Origin: Kudoa neothunni
Lineage: Eukaryota > Animalia > Cnidaria
DNA length: 64,000 nt
Direction: 5' to 3'
NCBI GenBank assembly: GCA_964304625.1
Contig: OZ199838.1
Coordinates: 3,210,656-3,274,655 of the forward strand
Part shown: positions 27,717-40,966 of the stretch, in pieces
Layout: the number at the start of each line of letters is the position of its first letter
Numbering within the stretch: position 1 is the first letter of the stretch
Notes under the pieces: generated by a model
The model's input: the letters and a program-made list of their open reading frames with translations, nothing else
Told to the model about the DNA's origin: nothing
Database searches by the model: none
Position numbers and translations under genes: made by a program

Positions 27717-28903
27717 CCCCCTAACGATCATTTGTGGTCGAATCGACCTCACATTTTTATGTTATTTTTATTTACTAAAAAATATTTTGTTTCAGATTAT
27801 AAAATATGGAAGAAATCTATCGAGGAAGTTTAGAGTAAATTAAAATTTACCAACCCATTAATCTTCGATAATCCGTTAATGTACAGATTCAGACAACTTC
27901 GCTACATATAGTTAATATTACATACTGAGGAAAAGGCGGCTACATTGTGAAATGAGATTCATCTATAAAAACTAATTGAATGATGTTAGTTTTTACAATT
28001 TTAGAGAAATTTTACTGAAATTAAAACAAGTATTAAAAGTAGCGTTATGACTTGGTGTGCTTAAAAAAATAACGCATTCGAACGTTCAACCATGACATAA
28101 CACTGCCCATGTAATGTGTTATTTCTCGTGGTTTATTTTCTTTCAATTTTGAAACGCTTAATAAAACGTCTACCCAACTGGTCAATGCAAAAATGGCGAT
28201 TTTACTCTCTAAGTCGTATAGATTAGATTGTTGAGCGTGGTGGAGGGTTCAAAAAAATATTTTCTGCGCTTGTTCTTGATGTAGATCATTTTGTAAGATT
28301 CTAAAGCAACTCATATTTGCTAATAAATAAATAAATAAATTGTCGTATATGCTCAGGCTACCCTACCATCATCAGTTTCTTGAAAGACATCTTCAATTAT
28401 AAATCCTCATATTCACTCCCAGAAAACTCATCGTTATAGAATAAAAAATTAAATTCAGAATCCATAGACATTATCCTGATAATAGACTAATACTGAAGAG
28501 ACAAATTGTATATTATCCAGTGCAATCGATTACCAAAATTTCACATGAGCGATGTTCGATTAGGTTGAGTAGGATTAGTTCAAGGAATAATTTTGATTTT
28601 CCTTAGAATTCTGTCGTTAAAATTATTTGATATCTCACATAAGAAATTTAATCAAATTTATGTACAAAATGATGGAATGAAAAGATGGGATCGAATCGAC
28701 CTCATATGATCTATGAAGGGTATCCTTCAAATTTTGGCCACATAAAAAACCTAAATTATCCAATTTTCCTCTGTTACATAGAAGAATATATATATAAAGA
28801 ATATGTTGAATTAAAGAACATTAGAACTAAGGGAGAAAAAGTTATATGTTATTTAATTCTATTTTGAGGTCGATTCGACCCCAATATCAATATAAATAGA
28901 GGG
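27717..28903. mobile_element. Non-autonomous piggyBac-type element
   Basis: TTAA|CCC ... GGG|TTAA termini. Subterminal inverted GGTCGAATCGACCTCA / TGAGGTCGATTCGACC, with a further copy of the motif near 28690. Confidence 0.75.
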
Positions 28904-29224
28904 TTAAAATAAGAAATTTCGAATTCATTGAAAATTTACAACTAGATGTAAAATAAAATTATAACAATTTACTTGAAAACGAATTTTAAAATTTATTTTT
29001 TTAAATGAATTATGTTTAATTTACTACTCAATGGGCTCGTGGAGCTCAAGGTCACCTATTAAGGGTTAAATAAATGACCTAAAAAAATCCGTCCTCTGTA
29101 TTTCATAAAAATTTTATTAAATTTTTGAGATAATAGACAGTTGATGCAGAAGTTTTCAGGAATAACACATCTTAGGTAAAAACAATGTCGGAAGAGTTCG
29201 GTTGTGAAACCACATTTTTGTAAT

Positions 29225-30348
29225 ATGATGGGGAGTTCGGCTAGTGATGAATGTTTTGGAAAAATAATTGACAATTGGTTTTACGAAAAGAATTCTTTTT
29301 TTAATGGTCAAACTCAAGCTATTAAAGTTTCGAAAGTTTTGTACGAAGGAAGGTCGAAATATCAAGAAATACTCTGTTTTGAAAGGTTTAATTCGTGATT
29401 TTAAAGCCTGATTATAAACTGCCGTCATAGTGAATTGCATGGTATTGTTCTGGTTTTGGACGGAGCAGTTCAATGTACCTCATTCGATGAATTCGCATAT
29501 CAGGAAATGATTTCGTTTTTACCCGTTAACACTCATCCAAATCCCCGAAATGTAATTAACGTTAGGTTGGTTTAAATCATTTTTGTTAATTGGAATAATT
29601 TTTAGGTACTTGTGATAGGGGGTGGAGATGGCGGAGTTTTGAGAGAACTATCCAAACATCCACTTGTTGAAAATGTTGTTTTGTGTGAATTGGATGAGGT
29701 TGGTTTGTTTGAAAATTCTACCGATCATTAATTATTGTTTTAGGAAGTGATAAACGTAGCCAAAAAGTATATTCCAGAAATGGCGGAAGGTTTCTCAAGC
29801 GAAAAGGTCACTGTTAAAATTGGAGATGGTTACAAATTTTTAACTGAAAACAAATTTTCATTCGATATAATTATTTGTGACCTGTCTGACCCTGATGGTA
29901 TGGCTTAATATCGGAATAATTTGAAGCACGCTAAGCAACTGTGAAATTAGGTCCTTCTGAGCTTTTGTTCAGCAAAGAAGCGTTTCAAAAAATGTACGAT
30001 GCCTTAAAAGATGATGGTATTGCGTGCCTTCAAGGAGAATCCATTTGGCTTATGCCAACCCTAATCAAGAAATGGATGGATCAAGCCCGTGAAATATTCC
30101 CCGTTGTTTCTTACGCATGCATCTATGTTCCGTCGTATCCAGGTGGTCACATTGGTTTTATACTCCTCTCAAAAAATAAAGACACCAAATTCGACCAACC
30201 CATTCATGAACTTGATCCCAAAAAGTTCAACCTGAAGTATTATTCAACCAAAATTCACAGTAGTAGTTTTGTGCTTCCTTACAGATTCCAGAAGGTTTTT
30301 TTGGTTATATTGGGGCAGAAATTAATTTTGTTTTAGGCACTGGAATAA
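29225..30348 (+). CDS. SRM: Spermidine synthase, 6 exons
   Basis: [93 protein letters not shown]. Five short GT-AG introns. Confidence 0.95.
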
Positions 30349-31304
30349 AGTTTTGGCGTTAGTAATGGTGGTTGTGCATAATTTAAAGTCGTTTCCAACT
30401 GACTATTATTCTTATGAGCCATATCTTAAAAAGAAAACACGTTCTACTGTTTATTTTTGACAAATGGAGTTTATTTTGACAAATTAGCTTAGCTTAGCTA
30501 CTTGACTTTTTCCTTTTAAGTGATGAGTGTTTAGACTCTCCTTTAATCGTTTTGTACTTAGTTAACAACACATACGTGTGCCTGAATTTGAACAAAATTG
30601 AATGATATAATCCATGGAGAAATGTTAGATTAACAAAAGGGATCCAAAATATAAATAGCTTGACTCTGTTAGGTGGATTGATTTCGACCTATTCAATTTT
30701 AACGTGCAATTTAAATTTAACCAAATTTTTTTGTAATAGATTTTTTTCAATTTAAAATTCTGATAAAGTGATGGATTATAACTAGATCTTAATACATTAG
30801 AAAATTTATTTACGTTAATGGGTACTTAAAACAAGACTTTAAATTATTATTTATTATTATTATTATTATTATACTATTGAATAATGATTCTTATCGATAT
30901 ATTTTAAAAATATTATTTTGGATGTCCATATATTTTTAGAAATGAAAGCATAATTATTTTTCTCATTAAATAATTATTTTTATTGATACCCAATCATTGC
31001 CAGCTTATGTAACTGAAATTATGTTGGATTTATAAATAAAACAAATATATCATGTTAAAAAGGTTGTAAAAAAATTGATAGAAATAGTTTAGAATGAAAC
31101 ACAATTATGACAAGATCGACATAAAACTGTATCAGATAATCTACAACTTCCATATTACTAGAGTAAAAATCAATATGGCCGATTACACCAACTAGTTCGG
31201 TGATTTAGAAAACAGAATTAAACTAATAAATAGAAAAATCTATGCCAATGATCTAAGCTATTATACAAAAAATAATTTAAACGACTACGAAACATTGAGA
31301 CTAA

Positions 31305-34300
31305 CTAACAACAATTGGATCTATGTGAGGATTTATGACGATGGGATTGGTTATTTTTACGATCGAATTTGATGTGCGTTGGTTCATACTTCATGAACTC
31401 TTCTTCCTAAATATTATAGTTGTTCAAGATTATGGACAGTTTACAACTTACAACTTTTTCATTCATTCTAGATTTAATTGATTTTGCTAGGTAAGAAAAT
31501 GCGGCTGTTACGTTTTCCCCAGTAAGAGCGCTCACATCGAAGTAATGATACCCATAAGATTCCACCATCTAAATAAATTTTTGATCAGTAGAGATAGACG
31601 TATTATTGCAATTAAAATTATTTGGGTAAGGAAAAGTTGATTATATTTTAACATGGGTCATGCTCAGACAACATTGCATTGCATTGCATTGCAGGTAGGT
31701 AGGTAGGTTAAAATTCCAGAAATGTACGTTATATCGTTTCAAATATATTTTTAAATAGCGATATCAATAGAGATAATTTGAACCTACTTTAATTGCTTAT
31801 TAGACTATTAATTTATTATTAATTGTAGATAAATAAAAGGACATGTTAAATAAATTATCAAAAATACTATTAAAGAATAACTAATAATTAGAAGTCTCTT
31901 GAACAATATGACATTTTGAAATTCAAATTTAAATATTAATTCTACAAAATATTAGATATAACTATTGGTTCTTTAAATACACGACTACAATTATTTTTGT
32001 AAGGTGCACGATAGAATATAACCAATAAGCGAGAGATTGCGATATTAAAATAAAATCAAATTCAACACAAGGATGCTAATTAATTTTGTGTCAAAATTTA
32101 GGTTAATGATCTATCCGATTGTTACTTAATGTGCATGAAGAAAAAAATTAGTTAATATATCACGCTACAAACCTGTTTTCGTCTTGATATATAATGGATA
32201 AATGGGAATAATTAATAAACAAACAAAAATAATCATTTAGAAACAAGCATCACAATGTTATAAGTTATAACGTGACTAATTCATAATTTTTATCCATATT
32301 ACGATAAAAATTATCGCTTTATTGAAAGTGTTATTATTAAAGATATTTCTCGAATTGATTATAGATTAATAACAAAAATTTAATTATTTTTTGATTAAAA
32401 TGCATAAATAAAAACGGCATTTTTTAAGAATCTAATACATCATTGAATTCTTCAAACTGATTTTTAACTTTTAAAAGTCTTTTTGAGAAAAGCTAATGAT
32501 ATTATTCAGTTCATCCAAATTATTGTTAATTTAAAAATACACTAAGTTCGACAATCTATCTTATTGAAATAAATTAATTTAAATTGTTAAAACTACTAGA
32601 ATAAAATAATGCGATTAGTTATCAACGATAAACAATATATTGAAGTTGTTAATAACTCGGACACAAGTTTTTCCTTATGCTCACTATATCCGTTATTTAA
32701 TGTATCTAGCAGTTATTTGGATGAAGCGAGCAAGAGAGAGAGAGAGAGAGAGAGTAATTCTCTTATGAAAACGTCTTTAAAAGTCGAAGGAAATGTCGTA
32801 TATTCATCAATATATATGTTGGACCGCAGATGACGCGTTTCGTCACACTAACAAAATAGATTGTAGTCTTTTTTTAAATTAAAAAATCACAAGACATACG
32901 GCATAATATAAAATATTTAATGTAAAAGAATGTTATAAGAACATACTATTAAATGATAATTGTTAATAAAATTATGAAAACACATTCAATTAACTCCTAG
33001 GTTATAAAATGTAATTTAATTTTATGCAAAGAAATATATCAATGGTAAAAAATCAATAATTATTCTCATTCTCTTCCTGATAAATAGAAAATATTAATTT
33101 CAATTTAAAATCCAATAAAATAAGCACTAGATTTTTATAAAATAGAATAAATCCTGCTTATTTGTTAAAAGAAAGCAGTTAATTGTAAAAATACCTATGA
33201 TTTAGAATGATGAATAGAAAAATATATTTATTTAAGAAATACCAAAACTATAGTTTAACTCGGATTTATTCATATAATTTTGAAGAACTGAAACAATTCT
33301 TACATCTCCACTCCTACAATTTTATAAAACAAATGTAAAAAGACAGAAAAAAGCCGGGAGATTTCATTATCAATAGATACTCGTGCGCTGCAACATAATA
33401 AAGTTATTCCATGCGGACAATGAACAACTTGTACACATGGAATAGATTGTGTTATACGAATCTTTTCGAATGAATCAAGAAAAATATAATTACTTCCTTA
33501 GCTGTCTCATAAGTCACTTCCCTTCCAGATTTCGAATCTGCTTTATTTCCAATGACAATGATATCTACATCTTTATTAGCATTCTAATAAAAATCCAAAT
33601 ATTACACCCGAACTATGTAAAAAATTAAATGTTACTTCTCTGACTCGTTGTAGCCAATCTCTAACATCGTGGTACGACGTCTTGTTTGTCACATCGAATA
33701 CAATAATAACACCCTATAAACGTGAAGAAGAATCGTATTAGCGTGTTCTAATGACGGTGTTTGCATCCGAAACCGGATAAGCGGCAATCAAAACCGAGTA
33801 TGTAGCATGTAGCAATCACGCAATTATACTGTCAAGAAAAGTCAACTGTTTAAACACCAGAAAAGTTCATGCATGCGAACTTATGGACTATAAAGGCAGG
33901 AATTGGAAGAAAGTTTCTTCAGATTTAGTCATTTCGAGGCCACCCTTGAATTATCCGATTGAAACATACAGCGTTACAAAAAATTCCAAAAAACAACTCG
34001 TGGCGGATATAGCAACGTTGTTTTAACACACAAACTTAAGGACACCCGTTTCAAACTGTTGGAGGATGATTGCACTCCAACCATAGAATGCATAATTCAA
34101 AAATTGGGGATTAATGTTCACATTTCAACTGTGTGAGGATGACTCAAAAAAAATGAATTATTCTTATAGATTGTGGGCTCATTCCCTCTTAAAAGAATCG
34201 GTCTCTCTATTAAGGAAGAAAGATACAAAACACTAGCTATCTAGCTATGGAAATCTATTATTCCTTCACAAAAGTTCATTTCCATCCGCATAACAAATAA

Positions 34301-35294
34301 TAATGGTCATGCTTTAAATGGAGGAACTCCAAATGTGTAAAGTGCAAAACTGTGGAAAATTAAACATGACAAAGATTCTCGTTATTAGTGTAGTTAATGC
34401 TGTCTATTGTGAGGTTGTGCTTGGCAGTTTATATGGAAGCGCATTTAAAAATTTGTGTATCTACGCTCTTAGATTTTTCTAACGATGACAAAATCAAAGT
34501 TTAGAAGAAATTTTCCAACACAAAGTAGGGATAAAGAATGCATTAATGGAAATAATTACTCTAAAAACTCGCATACATTATTTAATCAACGAATTTCACT
34601 CGTTGACATTAGAGTTTCTACGTGTGCCATGTCACACGCGTGATATGGCGTGAAATGCATCACGTATCACGCCTTTTAGAAACTCTAGTAGACACCCACC
34701 ACGAATACCCCACTTAAAGTTGTCCCAATCATGTACAAAATATTTTTATCGATATAAATTTTTCCATTATTACTTAACAAAAATAATGGGCAAGCCTATG
34801 ACAAACAATAGTCGATAACGCGGTTTCGATTGTCATTAGTCCGGTGTGGGATGCACAAACAGGTAGCTTTTTATTACCATAGCACCCCTATAATACGCTG
34901 TGGTGATGGTTCGAAACCGTTCTTGTCCAGCAGTATCCCTAAGCAGTTGAATGATTGATAAATAGATTGATTGATTAATTTATATATTTATTTATTTGTT
35001 GATAAATTGACTAATTCCACATCAAATAAAGTTACCATATTTGTAGTTTGATTGCTTTGTCATCGATACGGATGCACTTCGTCTTGAAGTCAATACCTAC
35101 ACAAATCACCAAGTTAGATTATAAAATTTAATAAAAATGGCCGTCAATGCTCCAGCCACACAATCTTTACCTATAGTAGAAATAAATGACGAGGAAAAAT
35201 TTTCTTCGCAAAATCTGTACAAAATACACGTCTTCCCGACGTTGCTATTGCCAATAATAAGAATTTTAAATAGATAGTCATAGGTGTCCTTCAT
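31305..35294 (-). CDS. Rab8/Rab10/SEC4-family small GTPase, ~7 exons
   Basis: [70 protein letters not shown] and a C-terminal ...SNCC* prenylation motif. Confidence 0.92.
32733..32753. repeat. (AG)n microsatellite in a Rab intron
   Basis: Run of about 10 AG units. Confidence 0.85.
33755..34863 (+). mobile_element. Highly degenerate Tc1/IS630 element in a Rab intron
   Basis: Imperfect ~45-bp inverted ends resembling the TIR at 22689. Relic LEDDCT...[12 protein letters not shown] is similar to 22890-22970. Confidence 0.7.
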
Positions 35295-35948
35295 TGGAAA
35301 ATCGTAACACAAACACACTCAATCAAATAGGAAAACTATCAAATAAACACAACTTCAAACTTTCCAGAGGGATTTTATCTCAACAAATAATAAATCTACT
35401 GGTTGGTGACTGATGAGGGATCGCGAATAGTGGAATTAGTGTAAATATGCGAATAGTGTCGATAACATATTGGTTTTATCACTTCAGTCATACCGTCCAA
35501 GTTATTAATTTTAAATAGTTTAAGGGATCGGAGAAATTATACATTAAGTAGTTTATAGTTGGAATTAGTTAGTTTTCGGGCATTTGATCTGCCCTAAACT
35601 CTGTCGTACATTCCAAATCTGAATTAAACACCTTTTATTATATATATTTCGAATTAACACTAACATCTCAGAATATTGTATAATATTCTATCAACTATAA
35701 TGTAGTTTTATAGATGGGATTTTTGAATTTAAATCCACCCCATCTGTTGAGAGTGTTCATAAACGCACGCGCGGCACATGGATAGCCCGTCCTTCAGTAA
35801 CATTAACAAATTAATCGCGCGCATCCCTTAAAACCAACAACGTGATTTGAATTTTTATTGCGGAACCATCGATTGGAATTTGTGTAATTATATTCAAACA
35901 TACAAAATAATTAATAAAAACTAAAAACCGCACCTATCTAGTCATATA

Positions 35949-37133
35949 ATGACACTAGAACCAGGAGATACCACCAGATCGGCTGCACCAGTCAATCCAT
36001 ATTCTATGCAACATCAACGTATACCTCCTAAAGAGGTGATTCTTGAAACCCAAAAGTTTGTTAGAGATAATCCTGGTGCTTTTGAAGACTTGCATCGATG
36101 TGTTAGGGGTGTGTTTGGCTAGAAAGCAAATATCATCGTGGAATCTATTACTATTTATGTATTTTAGATGTGTCACCATTGCATTTTGAAGGAATTAGAA
36201 TAATGTTTAATCGAGGACTTAGTCAATATTTCCAGTCAACCCACACGTTACTTCTAAACGATGTTCGATCGGGGAAATACACCTTTGGTGCCACCTATGT
36301 TGGTGAGAAGGAAGTACGAGCTCAGGAAGTAGGATTTTTGATGGTACTCATCAATAATCTAATATGATTGTATCGTTAGTTGAGCCCGCTATTGATGGCC
36401 GAAATGGATTCACAATCTAACCTCAATTTTCAAGCATTTCACAATTTTTCTAAACGATTCAAAACAAGAGCTGTACTACAAGTAGATGATGATTTTATAA
36501 GCTGTTTATGTGAAATGGGTTGCTTAGACGCAAAAAAATGCTTGGTCCACCACTCAACTAGATGCCACTTACTACGGGGATAGATTTACTACGCAAAATG
36601 CACTTATCAACTTCGACCCTAAAACTGCCTCCGGAATATTCGTTTCATCGTATCTACGTCGTTTACATCCAAATTTTGATGCTGGAGGTGAATTTTTTTA
36701 CCAACGAGCCCCCGGAGGCACACAACAATTTGCCTACGCTACATTGTGCGCCCGCTTAAGAGGTGGAACCAACCCCTTCGCTAAACCATCCGCTATTGGT
36801 ATCGCCTATCCTTCACCCAAATGGACTGCTGCAATGAGTGCTAGTATTGTCGGCTGGCATCTATCCTATCATAGAAATTGCTCGGAACATCTTCAAGTCG
36901 GCGTCGACTATGAATTCAACCGAACAGTCGAATCCAGTGATGTGTCTTTCAACTATGCTGTCGATATACCCAAAAATGGATTCCACTTTAAAGGATCCAT
37001 CAGTGCCAGTGGTGTGGCCAGCAGTGTCACTGAGGTCCGAATGCAAAATCTGCCTTTTGCGATTCTCTTCTCCGCTGTCATCAACTGTGTCACTCATGCT
37101 ACTTCGGTGGGAATTGGTATAAATTTCGGTTAG
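35949..37133 (+). CDS. TOMM40: Mitochondrial import channel TOM40, 4 exons
   Basis: NPGAFEDLHR, FEGIRIMFNRGLSQYFQSTH, YTFGATYVG, PLLMAEMDSQSNL, LQVGVDYEFN and C-terminal beta-signal VGIGINFG*. Confidence 0.92.
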
Positions 37134-38589
37134 GAACAGATTCTATTCTTTGTTCTATTGATATCTAGTGTCTAGTGTTTTGAATTTTGATTTTTTTATT
37201 TAAATTTAAAATAAAATTAGCACCAGTTGATTGCAATAGAATAAACAACAGATTTATTTTTAATTCTTAATTTAGCTAGACTTATTTTTAACATACCAAA
37301 TAATTGTATTGATTATGTATTTTCGCGGTTATTGCTTGTTCTGTGCTGCTACCTAGAGAGTTTAGAATTTATTCGATTAAACATTATCAAATTAATATTA
37401 GAATATTGTAAAAATATAGAATTATTTGCAAATAATTATTGGCTTGAAGTCTTTAGAATTTTAGGTATATAGATAATTATTAATTTTATGGTAAATTATT
37501 ATATTTAATTCTTGATTTCATAAACGAATGTTTTTAATAGTTTTATTCACGTGGTTAATTCTGAGTTAAAAAATTATACTACATAATTTCGCTCAATATA
37601 ATCTATTTATTGATTGTTATTATTATCGAAGTTAAATGTAAATACAAAACACTCTAGGTCTTTGGCTTGGTTCTGCGACCATTAATGATTAAGGGATATG
37701 TACCGTATTTTTAATTAACTCGCATTAGCTTTATTCTTTTTCATTATACGTTTGAATCGGTTGAATTGTTATATTGTTTATAATAAAAAAATGTTTTATC
37801 TAAAACGTGGTTATTGGATATAGTTCTGGGGGAATTATGGGTAAACTGTCGAATTCACTGTTATCCAAATAAATTATAATCAAATCCTAATAAGATTACA
37901 TTCATTTACTTGATTATTTTAAATAATTAAATTACTCAACTAGTAAAATTATTGAATAACAACATGTACTGCTGCCCAAAGAAACAGATGTTTAAAGTCA
38001 ATTCCCAGTATATTTATCATTCAATTTGAAGATTTCTTTTTGATGATATAAATAAAAAAGTTGTTTTTTATATTGTGATTCGATGGAAATTTTGATTGAT
38101 AATAAAATCAAAAATCGTATCATTAACATATTTTTATCTATAGGTATTGATAAAAATAAATAATCTATTGTAGTTTAACTGACTTTTTTGGATTCAGTGC
38201 ACAGAGTATAAGTATATTTTTGATAACTATATATATATATATATATATATAGTTCTCTTTGTGTTGTATCTCCATTTTATGATGATTAAGACGTTTTCCC
38301 TGATTATGTGTTAAATTTATAAATAAATTTGTGTAAAATTACTAGTGGACCTTTTACAATCCTTCTAGCTCATTTGAAGAACAGTAATATTTAGCAAATG
38401 TAAATAAAATTTGAAAATTTATTGTAATTATTTGTGTCACGAATAATTATAACTTGGCGTCAAATTTGTAAACCAAAGTAAAAACAATATTTATGTAACT
38501 AAAAATATTTTAAAAATAGAAATTCATCAACTATTTTTAATTTTTTTATAGACAATTAGTTATCAAACATTAAGTTAATAAGCTAAGAC

Positions 38590-40966
38590 CAACGGTTCTT
38601 TAACTGGGCTCAATCAACCCCCACAGTTTTCGGCGAACGAGATCTGGGGGGACAATGAAGATATATTTCATCTATTTATTCTTATTTTGGATTGTTTTAT
38701 ATAACTTTACATTAAAAATTTAACATGTTAGGGATTTTACAATTACAAAATTATAGGATTAGTTTTCTAATAAAATGTGTATATAATGTATGAACAGCTC
38801 GCGCCACTAACTTACCTTTCTAAACACAGCATTATTGCTAATAAAGAAGTCAATGTACATGAATCATTTTCCGTGTTATTTTATTTTGTCACTGTGAAAT
38901 CATCGTTGGAATTATTGGGCCTTTTATATATGGATTTAAAAAGGAAATGATCGGACGAATTTAAAAATACTGATTCACGTTTCACGACCAAATGTGGCTT
39001 AAATCAATGCTTACGATTGATAATTTTTGCTTCGATACTTCGCGATTCTAGTTTATTTCAAGCAAAACTAAAAGAATATTTTAAAAAATGCATGAAGATT
39101 AAATATATAAGAACATTAATTTTACTGAGTTCGTTAAAACCGAGCTAAGTATGATGAAAAGTGTACCCTACTCATTTTAAACTTTATTTTATTAACGAAA
39201 ATATATTTAAAAAATATGAAGTTTCATATTTAATTACAAGACAGGGAAGTACATAACATTGGCAAAACACTTGTGAAACCTAGGGCGTTGAAAAGTTGAA
39301 GATGGCCAAAGTCATATTACGAAAATCTGAAGAAAATGAGTTACTTAAATTTTCCATGTCAAATAATACTGCAAATCCAATAAAAATTTTGTCCTCAACT
39401 GGACAAGACGACTGTTTTTCAAATATAAGCCAGCTAATTGTATTAGTTTGCCTTTTAAAAATGACGTGATCCCTGATGAATTATTATTTTTTAAACCACC
39501 AAAAAACAAATAAATTTATGAACGTTTTTTAAGCCACCAACCTTTCGTGAGATATAATTTTAGCTATTTGTGTTGACGGAACCTCAACTATTTTGCTAAT
39601 ATGAAATTGTGGTCTTTCTGCACTTGTAAAATTGAACTTTTCTTATTTTACCGTTACAAATTTTATTATACGTAAGTATGGGTCGATAGAAAAGAATATA
39701 CCACAAAGGTTGGCAAATTCTAAAAAAATTGTGATTAAATGTGTTAATTACGTGAGCGGAAGTGTTATTAACTACCTATTAGGTATTGGACGCATACCTT
39801 TTCAATATATGGATTAGCGATATCCGGTAACTACATTTTACCAAGGCACAACTGGTGCGCTCTATTATTGGTCAGTTAGTGTTGGTCATTTGATAGCGCA
39901 TGTTACGCCAGGCCTTCTTAGACATAACACTACCTTTATTATATAAACTATGTTGTGTAATAGGTTCTAAATTTTAAAAGCACTTATATAATTTTAGTAT
40001 ACGATGACTATCCCGTGGAAAAGTGTTAAATCTTTTTTTGCAATGGAAGCGGAGTTAGCGATTATCTTGTGAGAGTACAATCATTGCAATGCGAAAAATT
40101 TCGATAAGGTCGATTTTTTTCTTATTTCAATGTACGTAACTAGTATTTTTGTTTCCTCTATTGTCTAAATTATAATGAACAAGGAGACAGAGTGACATAA
40201 TTATCGATAAAAGACTGAAAGTATCACGAATAAAATTCTTTATGAAAGCTACGGATGATGATTGACAGTTATACAATCCTTCTACCATTGAGAGAAATTT
40301 GTAATGTTTCCGATAATTCAAGAACTAAATTCATATTCATACTAAATGGGCTGAAACTAACAATTCTAACGCATTTAGATGCATTACTTAAATTTCTCGA
40401 TAAGCACCATTTGTCGAAAAAGTTATACCTCGAGTGTTTAAAAAACCATTTAATTAAAATTTTTCGATGAATAATTCTAATTAAAAAAATATTGACAAAA
40501 ATCTTGAAATTCAATAAATTTTAGTGCAACGAGGACTTTTTAAAAAGACATCATTTACAATTCTCTGGTGCCACAGAAACGAATGATACTCCCTTATTTC
40601 TAGAGGCTCTGAAGGTATTTATAATTTTTGCCATTGGTTCCAACATATCCTTGCGAACATTTTTTTGAGATTAATCCGCCTCAAGTATGAGGCAAGTACA
40701 AAAATTTCCTGTGAAAGCGATATGCGAATACATTCCATGACAATGTCGCTTATTTCACATTAATCTCTAAAAACAATAACGGAAATCTCGTTGATAATAA
40801 ATATTTTTAGATTTTGTATTGATATTTTATTTTGTTGACCTGCCATTTTTTCAAGAATAATTCTTTATTCTTTAAGTAACTGAAAATATTATTTTCCAAA
40901 ATTAAATTAACAAAACATTTACACAACGGTAATTTTAGATACATTTTAAAAGGTTAAGAACCAGTG
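38590..40966 (+). mobile_element. Ancient hAT (Buster/Charlie-like) relic
   Basis: Ends CAACGGTTCTTTAAC and GTTAAGAACCAGTG. Relic motifs ICVDGT and PTYPCE. No intact ORF. Confidence 0.6.
39778..39928. mobile_element. 151-bp insertion with 7-bp TSD, present only in copy 1
   Basis: Flanked by ACTACCT at 39771-39777 and 39929-39935. Empty site in copy 2 at ~54452. Confidence 0.75.

Larger units (their letters stand above)
20591..29065. mobile_element. piggyBac-type terminal pair enclosing a nest of younger transposons
   Basis: TTAA|CCCTCAATAAGTGACCTTGGGCTTGACGAGCC at the left. The right end reverse-complemented reads TTAA|CCCTTAATAGGTGACCTTGAGCTCCACGAGCC. A Cys/His relic (CNNIICNEHS) lies on the minus strand near 20765-20795. 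Confidence 0.6.
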
